A program made the position numbers and the translations under genes. A model generated the notes under the pieces. It had not been told where the DNA came from. It ran no database searches and saw nothing but the letters and a program-made list of their open reading frames with translations. From a virus (Duplodnaviria > Caudoviricetes), in IMG/VR virus record IMGVR_UViG_3300030330_006022, positions 50,351 through 114,350 of that record: DNA of 64,000 bases; one strand, written 5' to 3'. Positions 50,901-59,072 of the stretch are shown piece after piece (positions within the stretch are counted from its first letter, which is position 1; every line of letters begins with the position of its first letter).

Positions 50901-51199
50901 TAACCAAAAAGCTTGAAAAAGCAGACCCCGAATTAGAAAACCTAGCGATGGAACTTGAAGACGAAATAGAAACAACCACTATTATACCGGATAAAGTTGT
51001 ACCACCTTTGCCAATTGCTGCTCCTCTAGAACCGGTAAGACCAACCACAAGTAGACCACCATCTAGACCACCATCCCCAAGCACATCTAGACCATCATCT
51101 GCTAATACACTAAGGCCCTCTGCCAATCGTCCTTCAAACAACAGAGGTGGTGGCCGTGGCGGTGGTAGGAGCGGCGGCTCAAGAGGAGGAGGATACTGA
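47927..51199 (+). CDS. Hypothetical structural-module protein with a low-complexity C-terminal tail
   Basis: GAGGA RBS before ATG 47927; His cluster WTGPVHEH...HSFH...HP; E/K/R helix, RPxS repeats and an RGG...GGGY end. Confidence 0.7.
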   Translation: MAIDGGIYGFEQIPNVYINSIELHEKKPGSTKEGLIVKVEFLYYDTMNEYDEDLFTSKYTLDSMKLNTLLSLDSNLTNEIVNGNNLIHKPRSRLLKRFLDDELCILDNKETAKVFNQDIEKCVYDEYTEFYYTKTFHLKETPQHLSITCLFSDSDYRNRTSFGPTTCETIIENGKVVLSSKFLLNNEEIWTGPVHEHDGVIMAHSFHSNSIPHPTLTSVGYHNLKIKDFRSQRINLPDVKKENKQSNSKVIYSNLFYNQMSNHELGMVFSANIKSILLQNCKEAIILQETSPEVFNKLAQNLKIKSIKIGIKEHPRKPFRNVFYSFDQNEKVKTIQNKLGEMKEIVLSSNPFIRTFDIMLKTKRIHEMNVFIEVNNPLTKYLEDIYENFSKNITDLKISLQYFKKEMFYDRETGKLDRERVVTEFDNQNSTWISSIAQILKIRSLFLREDNEESVQEFVIKSMSKISARSFTVESLESFIDDCYYYLKLFVSIFEIKKKSLPSSFGRGKRSGNKNHKDELISSKRYRIKYKYRGKTKSYFKDSQDVGVKSFTVSSFMSLVQDEKNKLAGDFANDIINISNYNEYITLSPRLLISGGDKFSFNSLKTIQEDKISVFVDSLQISEEELSNLFGKNIKVEFLEEEKDLNFENLNLGTDNNFGTQTVTTDESLAPDRTKAIKDSVVLVGNKNSKKTKKIVDKVSPKTDSSIYSTGQEEGFNEASDVPIHYVFLANLNVSNKVFGSTMDFLRDKRYTRDLAFFNLERVYYEEYDLFDDSGDPIVGLGKIKPLTMSVLNNLEEPIICTLNSYHDPDFNIDNNQFERFETIDRNFIIYPNNFSFSKQQLSTTTGEDALEFKELYDAYYSLDVQELQFSRTNIVKESLTRKNNRYEKGLRVNINRFNNMDRQRARYFNKLKQEKRRKIIKEERRQRRLQADRRKANKLRRMKQEQEEAERKMMLMKMLENEKKQNKQIDISKFKPMKPLRTFPAISSGIVTKKLEKADPELENLAMELEDEIETTTIIPDKVVPPLPIAAPLEPVRPTTSRPPSRPPSPSTSRPSSANTLRPSANRPSNNRGGGRGGGRSGGSRGGGY

Positions 51200-53175
51200 T
51201 GTCTGAATTTATAACCTCAGTTGCGTATCATATAGCTGATGATACTGATGTACAATACATGGTCCAACCTTACTTCAACTACGTTGCTCTGGACTACAAT
51301 GAAAGACAAGATATGCAAATGCCTTGTTTGTATAGTGAATACGTTTACGAACCTAGGAATGCACCAGATACTTACAAAGATTGCCAAGTAGGTGATGGTA
51401 AATTTGGAAAAGAATATAAATATGGTGAATATAGTAAAAGATATTTGTTTGATAATGAATCATTACCTACTTTAACACCCGAACAGATAGAAAAAATATC
51501 AAATCTATATATTTTAGGTAAAAACTTTAGAACTTTAGCCACCAACTCAGTGAGAAAATTTACAGGAACTGATGAAATATCGGGTCATTTTCCTCAACAT
51601 GTTAAAATTTCTTTAGGTGGCAATAAACTTAAACCAATAACTGGTGGACTTTTAGAATTTTTAATATCTAGTAGAGTGTATTATGGTGATCAAGCAACAT
51701 ACTACATGCCTTATTTTGTGAGAAATGTAATTGAAAAGTACACTATAGGCTCGGATGGTAACTTAAAAAGAGATCGTGATAATAATGTTTCAACAATCTT
51801 GGACGAGAATGTAGTTACCGATTCGCTCTATAAATTTAGAGCTTTTGATCCTGATGATGCTTTTGTTCAAATTGACCCAATATCTGATCAAATAGGAAGA
51901 AGAAGATATATAAATCATTTGTTAACTCACATAGACACGCTTGCTGAAGAGTTGCCACTTTATTATGACGAAACCATATTTTATGAAGTTCAAAAAAGAG
52001 TTGGTACTGAGGTTATTCAAACTTTTTATGTTTGTATTTCCGACACAGATTCTACAGAATGGGAATTTGTTGACACACAAGTAAAACCACAAGTAGAATA
52101 TAACTATGTTTGTTATTCATGGAAATATTTTGCTTTTGATAAAACTTTGAAAAGAAGTGACAACACACAAGTTTTTAATCAAACTATTAAAATAGAACAA
52201 CCACCTTTACCAGTACCATCAGTTACTTTTGCATTAGAAAACGATGTTAAAAATAAATATAAATTTTCTATTGGTTTAGACCTCTCTGTTAATTCAGAAC
52301 ATGGACCTTTTTATGAAATGTTTGCTGGGGAAGAGGATGAGCTAAAAGCTAGAGAAGAATTGTTTAATATACACGGCACTAAGACAAGATTTGTGTACGA
52401 AACACAAGAAGGTATATATGAAATTTATAAATCCACAACACAACCTTATGAAAGTAAAAATGGAAAATATAGAGCTGTGGATCTTATATCATCTTCAGAA
52501 ACTATAGTTTCCACAGGAGGAACTAGTCTTCAATATTTACAGAGTGTACAGAGTTTTAAAAAATATTACTATGTTATTAGAGCTATTAATGCTTATGGCT
52601 ATCCTTCAAACCCTACTCCAATTTATGAAGTAGAAATGACAGAGGATGCAGATGAAGTCTTTCTAAATACTAAAGTAGTTGATTTTGTTGATCCTACAAA
52701 AGATAAATATAAAAACTTTAAAACAATGATGAAACTAATGCAAATAATACCTTCAAGTGAGCAGTTGTTTTTCGAACCAGGCGGGGCTCTGTCTAATGAA
52801 CAAATAGAAGGTGATCCGCTGTTAGATTCAGAGGGTAGACAATACTTGGGGTATAGAAATGATGATAACAATATAGTGTATACTGGTTATGTTGATATTG
52901 ACGGATCTTATGTGTTTTATCCAAACATTTCACCAGAATTTCAAAATATCTCTCTTCCTTTAAAACAAAGAGGACCAGAGGTAGATTCCTTAACTATTTT
53001 TGATGATATGGAGCTGCCAACCTTGGGTATCAGTGAAAATGACTCTATGTGGAAAACATTTGATCCAAATGGTACTGTTAAGGATAAAGGAAAAAGGTTT
53101 AAAATTAGAGTTGTTTCTAATGATAGTGGAAGAAAAATTGATTTAAATGTTAGTTTTGCATTAAAGAAAAATTAA
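51199..53175 (+). CDS. Hypothetical structural protein with FN3-like segments
   Basis: FVDTQVKP..EYNY and KYYYVIRAINAYGYPSNP resemble FN3 strands; TGATG coupling. Confidence 0.6.
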   Translation: MSEFITSVAYHIADDTDVQYMVQPYFNYVALDYNERQDMQMPCLYSEYVYEPRNAPDTYKDCQVGDGKFGKEYKYGEYSKRYLFDNESLPTLTPEQIEKISNLYILGKNFRTLATNSVRKFTGTDEISGHFPQHVKISLGGNKLKPITGGLLEFLISSRVYYGDQATYYMPYFVRNVIEKYTIGSDGNLKRDRDNNVSTILDENVVTDSLYKFRAFDPDDAFVQIDPISDQIGRRRYINHLLTHIDTLAEELPLYYDETIFYEVQKRVGTEVIQTFYVCISDTDSTEWEFVDTQVKPQVEYNYVCYSWKYFAFDKTLKRSDNTQVFNQTIKIEQPPLPVPSVTFALENDVKNKYKFSIGLDLSVNSEHGPFYEMFAGEEDELKAREELFNIHGTKTRFVYETQEGIYEIYKSTTQPYESKNGKYRAVDLISSSETIVSTGGTSLQYLQSVQSFKKYYYVIRAINAYGYPSNPTPIYEVEMTEDADEVFLNTKVVDFVDPTKDKYKNFKTMMKLMQIIPSSEQLFFEPGGALSNEQIEGDPLLDSEGRQYLGYRNDDNNIVYTGYVDIDGSYVFYPNISPEFQNISLPLKQRGPEVDSLTIFDDMELPTLGISENDSMWKTFDPNGTVKDKGKRFKIRVVSNDSGRKIDLNVSFALKKN

Positions 53176-53184
53176 CGAACTTAA

Positions 53185-53195
53185 CTACTTATTTA
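53185..53195 (+). promoter_or_regulatory. Putative late promoter (CTACTTATTTA)
   Basis: Intergenic TATTTA ends 18 nt before ATG 53214, followed by AGGAG. Confidence 0.55.
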
Positions 53196-53213
53196 CAGAT
53201 TAGGAGAAAAAAT

Positions 53214-54179
53214 ATGGGTTTTTTAGATAATTCTGGTGATATTATACTAGATGCTGTTTTGACCGATTATGGTAGAAAGGTATTATCAAAAGGAGATGGG
53301 ACTTTCAAAATTGTAAAATTTGCTTTAGGTGATGAAGAAATAAATTATGAATTGTATGATTCAACGAATGCTAATGGTTCTGCTTATTATGATTTAGAAA
53401 TTTTACAAACTCCAATTTTAGAAGCGTTCACAGATAATGCTATATCGATGAAATCTAAATTAGTTACTTATGAGAACTTAGATTTACTGTATCTACCTGT
53501 AATAAAGATGAATGATAGTGACACAATGCATCAACTGCATGCTAGTGGTTCTTTTATAGTTGCTGTAGATGGTTTAACTGAAAATGACAACGGGTCTACT
53601 GCAACCCAAGGTGGTATTGGTTTCTCAGGCGGATCAAGAGTTACAGGTGTTTTGTTTGGACAGACCGTTTCAGGTGGTGGGTTTATAAGATTAGACCAAG
53701 GACTAGATACTTTTGCGATTTCTTTTCAAAAAAATATCCCTAGAGACATGTATGAGACTGGTTTTATAGTACAAATTGATAACAGATTTGGAGAAATTAC
53801 TGATATAAATGGTGTCACAATGCCTGTGGACTATGTAGATGACGATGACATTGCTTTCTATACATTAACAAGTTTACAAGCACCAGCCTTCAGAAACAAC
53901 CCAAACAAAACAGATGCGGCAGATTCAAACGGTTCTACTCAGGTAATAAAAGGTCCTCGTGGTTCTATTTTAGAATTTAAGATTAGAGCTTCTTTAGATC
54001 TTAATACAAGCACTTATTTATTTAATGAGTTAGGAAGCACATCAGCATTAGATAACAGAGCAGGTGGTTCTTCAGTGGTGTATCACATTGATAGTATCAT
54101 AAGAGTCACAGGTGTCACAACAGGTTATACAGTTGATATTCCTGTTCGTTTTGTAAAATTCAAACAACTTAATTCATAA
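53214..54179 (+). CDS. Virion/baseplate structural protein
   Basis: MGFLDNS..ILDAVLTDYGR...FKIVKFALGDEEINY resembles the N-terminal part of the tail-collar (DUF3751-like) domain. Confidence 0.65.
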   Translation: MGFLDNSGDIILDAVLTDYGRKVLSKGDGTFKIVKFALGDEEINYELYDSTNANGSAYYDLEILQTPILEAFTDNAISMKSKLVTYENLDLLYLPVIKMNDSDTMHQLHASGSFIVAVDGLTENDNGSTATQGGIGFSGGSRVTGVLFGQTVSGGGFIRLDQGLDTFAISFQKNIPRDMYETGFIVQIDNRFGEITDINGVTMPVDYVDDDDIAFYTLTSLQAPAFRNNPNKTDAADSNGSTQVIKGPRGSILEFKIRASLDLNTSTYLFNELGSTSALDNRAGGSSVVYHIDSIIRVTGVTTGYTVDIPVRFVKFKQLNS

Positions 54180-54192
54180 AGAGAGATAAAAT

Positions 54193-55323
54193 ATGGCTAA
54201 TGGTTCATTTAAAACTTTAGGAGGAAACGACATTGTTTCCACACGCACACTTCTTCACGAAGCTATTCCTTTAACAGGAACAATTGTATCAGGAACTTAC
54301 GCTGATGCTAATGTTAAAAAACATTCTCACGGAATGTTTCAGTCTGTTTACGACTATCCGTTTTTAAGCTCATCAGCAAATCACATTTTTGATATCACAG
54401 CTGGTGTTGCTGCTAATTCACTTTTGTATAGCACAGTAACATCACAGCAAAAGAAAAAGAAAAACGTTTATGGACAGATGGCGCAGATTCTTGTAGGATA
54501 CGACATAACAGGGTCAGTTCTAGATTTTGATGCCGACGGTAATATATTAGCTGGTGGTGATAAATTAAGAGAAGTGTTTATTTTACCCATGTCTAGATTG
54601 TTGGTAAAAGATGAAATTAAAAAAGAAACATTTAACTTAGAAATAGGAGTTAAGCCTGCTTATGATGAAGCAGGAGCGTTGTTTGATGATAGACTAACAA
54701 TCACAGATCACGGAGCAGCCAGTAGTTATTTTGTGAATTCACCTGCTGGGGAATATGGTATTCTTTATGCAACATGCTCAACAGGACAATCATCAGTAGG
54801 GTCTCACGATGTTATGCATGCTACAAACCAACGAGTAGCGTGTGGATTGATTTATTATCAAGCAGGAATAATTGTAGTCTCTTCTTCTATATTTAAGCCA
54901 GCTAGTGCTGGTGGAATATTACACAACTCTCATGGAAGTGTTTTAATGGATGGACCAAAAGGTAAAGGTGTTGCCACTGAAACTGTCGATGCAGTATTAA
55001 CAGGGTCTTTAATATCAAAAGCAGGTGACAACTTTAGAACAAGAATGTATAATCTTTCTTTCAACAATACAACAGAACTTAATTCAACAATTTATTTTTG
55101 TAGAGTAAGACATGATGAGTTTAATTATTCATCCAATCCAACTTATCTAACAGGTTCAAAAATTAGAGTAAAGCAAAATGCTACTATGGACCCAGTTTCT
55201 TATATTACAACAATCGGTCTGTATTCTTCTGCAAATGAATTAATGGCAGTTGCTAAACTATCAGAACCTCTAAAGAAAACACCTTCGCAAGAATTTACGC
55301 TAAGAGTTAGATTAGATTACTAA
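54193..55323 (+). CDS. Virion/baseplate structural protein (paralog A)
   Basis: C-terminal EFNYSSNPT...YITTIGLY...ELMAVAKLSEPLKK...LRVRLDY. Confidence 0.7.
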   Translation: MANGSFKTLGGNDIVSTRTLLHEAIPLTGTIVSGTYADANVKKHSHGMFQSVYDYPFLSSSANHIFDITAGVAANSLLYSTVTSQQKKKKNVYGQMAQILVGYDITGSVLDFDADGNILAGGDKLREVFILPMSRLLVKDEIKKETFNLEIGVKPAYDEAGALFDDRLTITDHGAASSYFVNSPAGEYGILYATCSTGQSSVGSHDVMHATNQRVACGLIYYQAGIIVVSSSIFKPASAGGILHNSHGSVLMDGPKGKGVATETVDAVLTGSLISKAGDNFRTRMYNLSFNNTTELNSTIYFCRVRHDEFNYSSNPTYLTGSKIRVKQNATMDPVSYITTIGLYSSANELMAVAKLSEPLKKTPSQEFTLRVRLDY

Positions 55324-55325
55324 TA

Positions 55326-55332
55326 CTATTTA
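55326..55332 (+). promoter_or_regulatory. Putative late promoter CTATTTA
   Basis: Lies in a 24-nt intergenic gap, 15 nt before ATG 55348. Confidence 0.6.
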
Positions 55333-55347
55333 CTTAGAGGCGTAATC

Positions 55348-56619
55348 ATGGCAATATTTAAATTCGACGATAATGATGTATTCATAAACACTATTGAAGC
55401 GTATGCGGAATACTCTTTTATAATAAACAACGGAAACGTGTTTGTAGACAATAGACCAAATGTCACTGGTTCTTTTGCTCCAAACAACGATACCACAGTT
55501 TTAGGTGTGCCTTCTGGGTTTGTATCTCTTTATGAGGTTAATGTTAATAGACCAGGTGATAGTGAAGAAACTAGTCATAACATAACTCCTTTCGTAGTTA
55601 AAGATGGATATAAACATGCTTTCAAAACAGAAACAAAGTCAGAATATAACGTAAAGCATGAATTTGGGGAAACAATTCAAGGAAATTATAATTTAAGCTC
55701 TTCAATAATGCAATATTTTTATGAAAGCGGACATAATGCGCCCATGAAAAGAATATATGATGGCAAAAAAACCATCAAAGTAACAGGTGAAACAGAAGAA
55801 ATTATGTATTTTTCTGTTAAAAATGTTATAGAAGAATATAAGTTTTTATCACCTCATATGAAAATGATAACCGAGGCTCCTTTAAACGAGAGAAATCTAT
55901 CAACAACAGAAATATCATTAGTAACAATACCATCAATATTTTATGGACAAAAAATAAAACCTGGAACTGTTGAGCTAAATTATTACGTCACCGGTACTCT
56001 AGTTGCTACTTTAAAAGACACAAAACAAAATGGTGAACTAATCCAAACATATTCGACATCATCTTCACCAGAAGATTATTCAGGCTCAGTTGCAGGAATA
56101 TTGTTGTATGGTGAAGGCTTAATGTTTTTAACAGGAGCTTATCAATTAGGTGAAGACAACGATATAAACTATTCAGGCTCTAGTGGCACATTAAATAAGT
56201 GGACACACTTTGGTTCAGGACTACACCAAGATGTATCCTCAAATACTGATATTGAAAAAGCAACATTTGAAATAAAATATCAAGGAATCACAGAAGCACC
56301 AACAGTCATGATGATGTGTCATGCGAACTATGGAGAGCTAAACTGGTCAAACAACCCGACCTTCTTGTCTTCTTCAGAAAGAAACGATGACTTTACATTA
56401 TCCAACAAAAGATTTATACAGCAAGATGTTGATATACAAAATGTTACACATACAAAATTAACAGACGATGAAGAACCAAATTTTAAAAGAGAAACATATA
56501 TTTCTAAGGTAGCCATTTATGATGATAAGAAAAATCTTATTGGTGTAGCTACACTAGCTAACCCTGTTCGTAAGACAGAGGATCGTCAATATACTTTTAA
56601 ATTAAAATTAGATTTATAG
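55348..56619 (+). CDS. Virion/baseplate structural protein (paralog B)
   Basis: IKPGTV, GILLYGEG and ELNWSNNPT...YISKVAIYD...LIGVATLANPVRK...FKLKLDL, matching the upstream gene. Confidence 0.7.
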   Translation: MAIFKFDDNDVFINTIEAYAEYSFIINNGNVFVDNRPNVTGSFAPNNDTTVLGVPSGFVSLYEVNVNRPGDSEETSHNITPFVVKDGYKHAFKTETKSEYNVKHEFGETIQGNYNLSSSIMQYFYESGHNAPMKRIYDGKKTIKVTGETEEIMYFSVKNVIEEYKFLSPHMKMITEAPLNERNLSTTEISLVTIPSIFYGQKIKPGTVELNYYVTGTLVATLKDTKQNGELIQTYSTSSSPEDYSGSVAGILLYGEGLMFLTGAYQLGEDNDINYSGSSGTLNKWTHFGSGLHQDVSSNTDIEKATFEIKYQGITEAPTVMMMCHANYGELNWSNNPTFLSSSERNDDFTLSNKRFIQQDVDIQNVTHTKLTDDEEPNFKRETYISKVAIYDDKKNLIGVATLANPVRKTEDRQYTFKLKLDL

Positions 56620-56648
56620 TTGACAAACCAAAATTAATATGTTACACT
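56620..56648 (+). promoter_or_regulatory. Sigma70-type promoter TTGACA-N17-TACACT with extended -10 TG
   Basis: -35 at 56620-56625, -10 at 56643-56648, TG at 56640-56641. Confidence 0.8.
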
Positions 56649-56655
56649 ATACATT

Positions 56656-57171
56656 ATGATTATTTTAGGACTAGATATTAGCTCAAGTAGAATTGGGTAC
56701 TGTTTAATAAACGAGAACGAAGATTTACTTCTTGTTGATGAGATAAAGCTAAAACCATCTCAATCTCTTGAAGAACGAGCGGATATCTTTAAAAAGACTA
56801 TGGAAATTATAAAAGAACATTCGGAGGTAAATTATGTTTTCATCGAACAACCATTCATGGCATTCTCAGGAGGAAAGACAACAGCAGCGACAATGGCCAA
56901 GCTACAACGTTTTAATGGTATGTGTAGCTATGTGGTTCACCATTTATTTGGCAGTCCTGCGGTACTCCTTCAGGCGAACAAAGCTCGGGGTCTCGTTGAT
57001 CTCAAAATCAAAAGGGGTGATAATACGAAGCTCAAGGTTATTGAGTGGGTTAGCGATAAGTATCCAAAAGAATTTATAGTTGAGTACACAAGACACGGAA
57101 ATCCAAAGCCGGGAACCGATGATAAAGCCGATGCAGTTGTTATAGCAAATGCTGGATTAAAAACTATTTAG
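56656..57171 (+). CDS. ruvC: RuvC-like Holliday junction resolvase
   Basis: Acidic tetrad in ILGLDIS, FIEQPF and DDKADA. Confidence 0.85.
   Translation: MIILGLDISSSRIGYCLINENEDLLLVDEIKLKPSQSLEERADIFKKTMEIIKEHSEVNYVFIEQPFMAFSGGKTTAATMAKLQRFNGMCSYVVHHLFGSPAVLLQANKARGLVDLKIKRGDNTKLKVIEWVSDKYPKEFIVEYTRHGNPKPGTDDKADAVVIANAGLKTI
57164..57170 (+). promoter_or_regulatory. Putative late promoter CTATTTA
   Basis: Overlaps the ruvC stop codon, 19 nt before ATG 57190. Confidence 0.6.
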
Positions 57172-57189
57172 ATATAAAGAGGAAAAATT

Positions 57190-58074
57190 ATGTCAAATGA
57201 TATGAAACTTATTATGGAGTCTTGGAGATCTTCACATGTTTTAACTGAGACCAAGCAAGACCTTTTTGAAGACATTAAGTATATACAAGAAGTGTTAGGT
57301 ATAAAAATTCCTTTGAATGAAAACAATGAGTTTGTTTTAAGTGAAGAGTTAAAGAAAGAAATTATCCTAAGAGAAAACGCTTTTCAAAACTTTTTTAAAC
57401 AATTCAACCCAATAGAAGCAGTTAAAAAATATGGACAAGAAATTGGTGATCTGTTCTCTACCTTGCACGACTTAGTAAAATCACCTGAAAACCTTGACAT
57501 TTACATAGGATCAGTACACAGAAAGGTTGTTAGCCCTATACTTAGAAAAATAACAAAACTTAATGAATGGACATTATCCAAAGGAATGACTAAAGTTTCT
57601 GAAGCAATAAATAATATCCGTAAGAAAATGGCAGCTGTTGTACAATTGGAAGTTAGTTGGAAAAAAGCCATTTTAATTACTGGTCTTGTCGTTGGCGCAT
57701 ATTATCTTTTAGATGAATTAAAAGGTAAAGGAATTGATATGGCAACTCAAGGATGGTCTGAGATTTCTAAAGTGTTAACGGGCTTTGACAAAGACAAGTT
57801 ACAAAATATTTTAATGAACTTTTTTATGAAAGAGATGCCAAAAATAGCAACAAAATTGTTTGGCCTTAAAGCGGTGGCTGCTTCAACAGGTTTTGTAGGG
57901 TTTATTGTTTTAATAGTGCCGTTCATTAAGGTTTTAAATATAGCAAAAGAAGTATTAAAAGAAGCGATATTAAGGTTTAAAAGAAGATCAAAAAGAAGAG
58001 ACGATAGAGCTGAGAGAGTTAAACAAGCTAAAGCTCGCGGTGAAACAGGAATTGTACTAGAACTTGAAAAATAA
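57190..58074 (+). CDS. Hypothetical protein with an MKLIMESW leader and two hydrophobic helices
   Basis: GAGGA RBS; several (I/L)xE sites in the N-terminal part; ILITGLVVGAYYLL and TGFVGFIVLIVPFI segments. Confidence 0.7.
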   Translation: MSNDMKLIMESWRSSHVLTETKQDLFEDIKYIQEVLGIKIPLNENNEFVLSEELKKEIILRENAFQNFFKQFNPIEAVKKYGQEIGDLFSTLHDLVKSPENLDIYIGSVHRKVVSPILRKITKLNEWTLSKGMTKVSEAINNIRKKMAAVVQLEVSWKKAILITGLVVGAYYLLDELKGKGIDMATQGWSEISKVLTGFDKDKLQNILMNFFMKEMPKIATKLFGLKAVAASTGFVGFIVLIVPFIKVLNIAKEVLKEAILRFKRRSKRRDDRAERVKQAKARGETGIVLELEK

Positions 58075-58077
58075 TTC

Positions 58078-58105
58078 TTGACAAATTTTCAAAACGTGTT
58101 ATACT
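58078..58105 (+). promoter_or_regulatory. Sigma70-type promoter TTGACA-N16-TATACT with extended -10 TG
   Basis: -35 at 58078-58083, -10 at 58100-58105; GGAGG RBS at 58114-58118. Confidence 0.8.
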
Positions 58106-58123
58106 AAATACACGGAGGAAATT

Positions 58124-59059
58124 ATGGAGGAAAAAAGAAAGATACTAACCGATATTCTTGGTTCTTATCATCGTAAAGGTAATGAGCATTTGTATCATTG
58201 TCCTTATTGTAAACACCACAAGAAGAAATTGTCTGTTAACTTTGCAAATGGTTTTTTTAAATGTTGGGTCTGTGATGTTAGAGGAAAGAATATTTATAGA
58301 ATTGTTCGCTCTTATGGAGAATACAGACAACGTCAAAGATGGCTAGAGCTTGATGGAAGACTTGATCTCAAAGACTTTGATAAAATATATAAAGAAGTAA
58401 ACGAGATTCAAGAGGAACCAACTTGTGATTTACCATCAGAGATGATCTCACTTTGCAACAAGCACCTTCCTCGTTCATCAAAACGAGCACTTGACTATCT
58501 TTACAGTCGAGGAATTGATGACGATCAAATAAAGCTATGGAAGATTGGCTATTGCACAGAGGGTAGATATGGAGGGCGGATTATTATTCCGTCTTTCAAC
58601 TCAAACGGAGATCCAAATTTCTTTATTGCTCGTTCTTATGTCGGGCATAGAATGAAATACCTTAATCCAAGAACCACAAAAGACATTATATTTAATGAAT
58701 TGATGGTTGATTGGGACGAGCCTGTAACAATTGTCGAAGGTGCCTTTGATGCTATAGTTGCAGGAACACAAGGTATTCCCATACTTGGCTCAACCCTTAG
58801 ACCACAGTCTCGTTTGTTTCAAGCTCTTGCGATAAACGACACACCAGTTTATATAGGGCTTGACCAAGATGCGGAGAAGAAAGCATCGTGGATGATTAAG
58901 AAGATGATTGAATACGATATGGAGGTCTATAAAATAGACACTTCTGCTGTTGAAGACGTTGGTTCTATGACCCCACGACAATTCGAGAACGCAAAAGACA
59001 GGGCTCAGCCAATTGATCCCGACTATTTCTTTTTTGATAAACTTTTAAATGCTATCTAA
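58124..59059 (+). CDS. DNA primase (zinc finger plus TOPRIM)
   Basis: CPYC...CWVC, RIIIP, IVEGAFDA and GLDQDA. Confidence 0.9.
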   Translation: MEEKRKILTDILGSYHRKGNEHLYHCPYCKHHKKKLSVNFANGFFKCWVCDVRGKNIYRIVRSYGEYRQRQRWLELDGRLDLKDFDKIYKEVNEIQEEPTCDLPSEMISLCNKHLPRSSKRALDYLYSRGIDDDQIKLWKIGYCTEGRYGGRIIIPSFNSNGDPNFFIARSYVGHRMKYLNPRTTKDIIFNELMVDWDEPVTIVEGAFDAIVAGTQGIPILGSTLRPQSRLFQALAINDTPVYIGLDQDAEKKASWMIKKMIEYDMEVYKIDTSAVEDVGSMTPRQFENAKDRAQPIDPDYFFFDKLLNAI

Positions 59060-59072
59060 CCATGGAGGATAT

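Noticed and set aside
50521-51141. 206 aa minus-strand ORF with hydrophobic stretches
   Set aside because: Mirror of the A/G-rich low-complexity tail on the + strand; the hydrophobicity comes from T-rich codons
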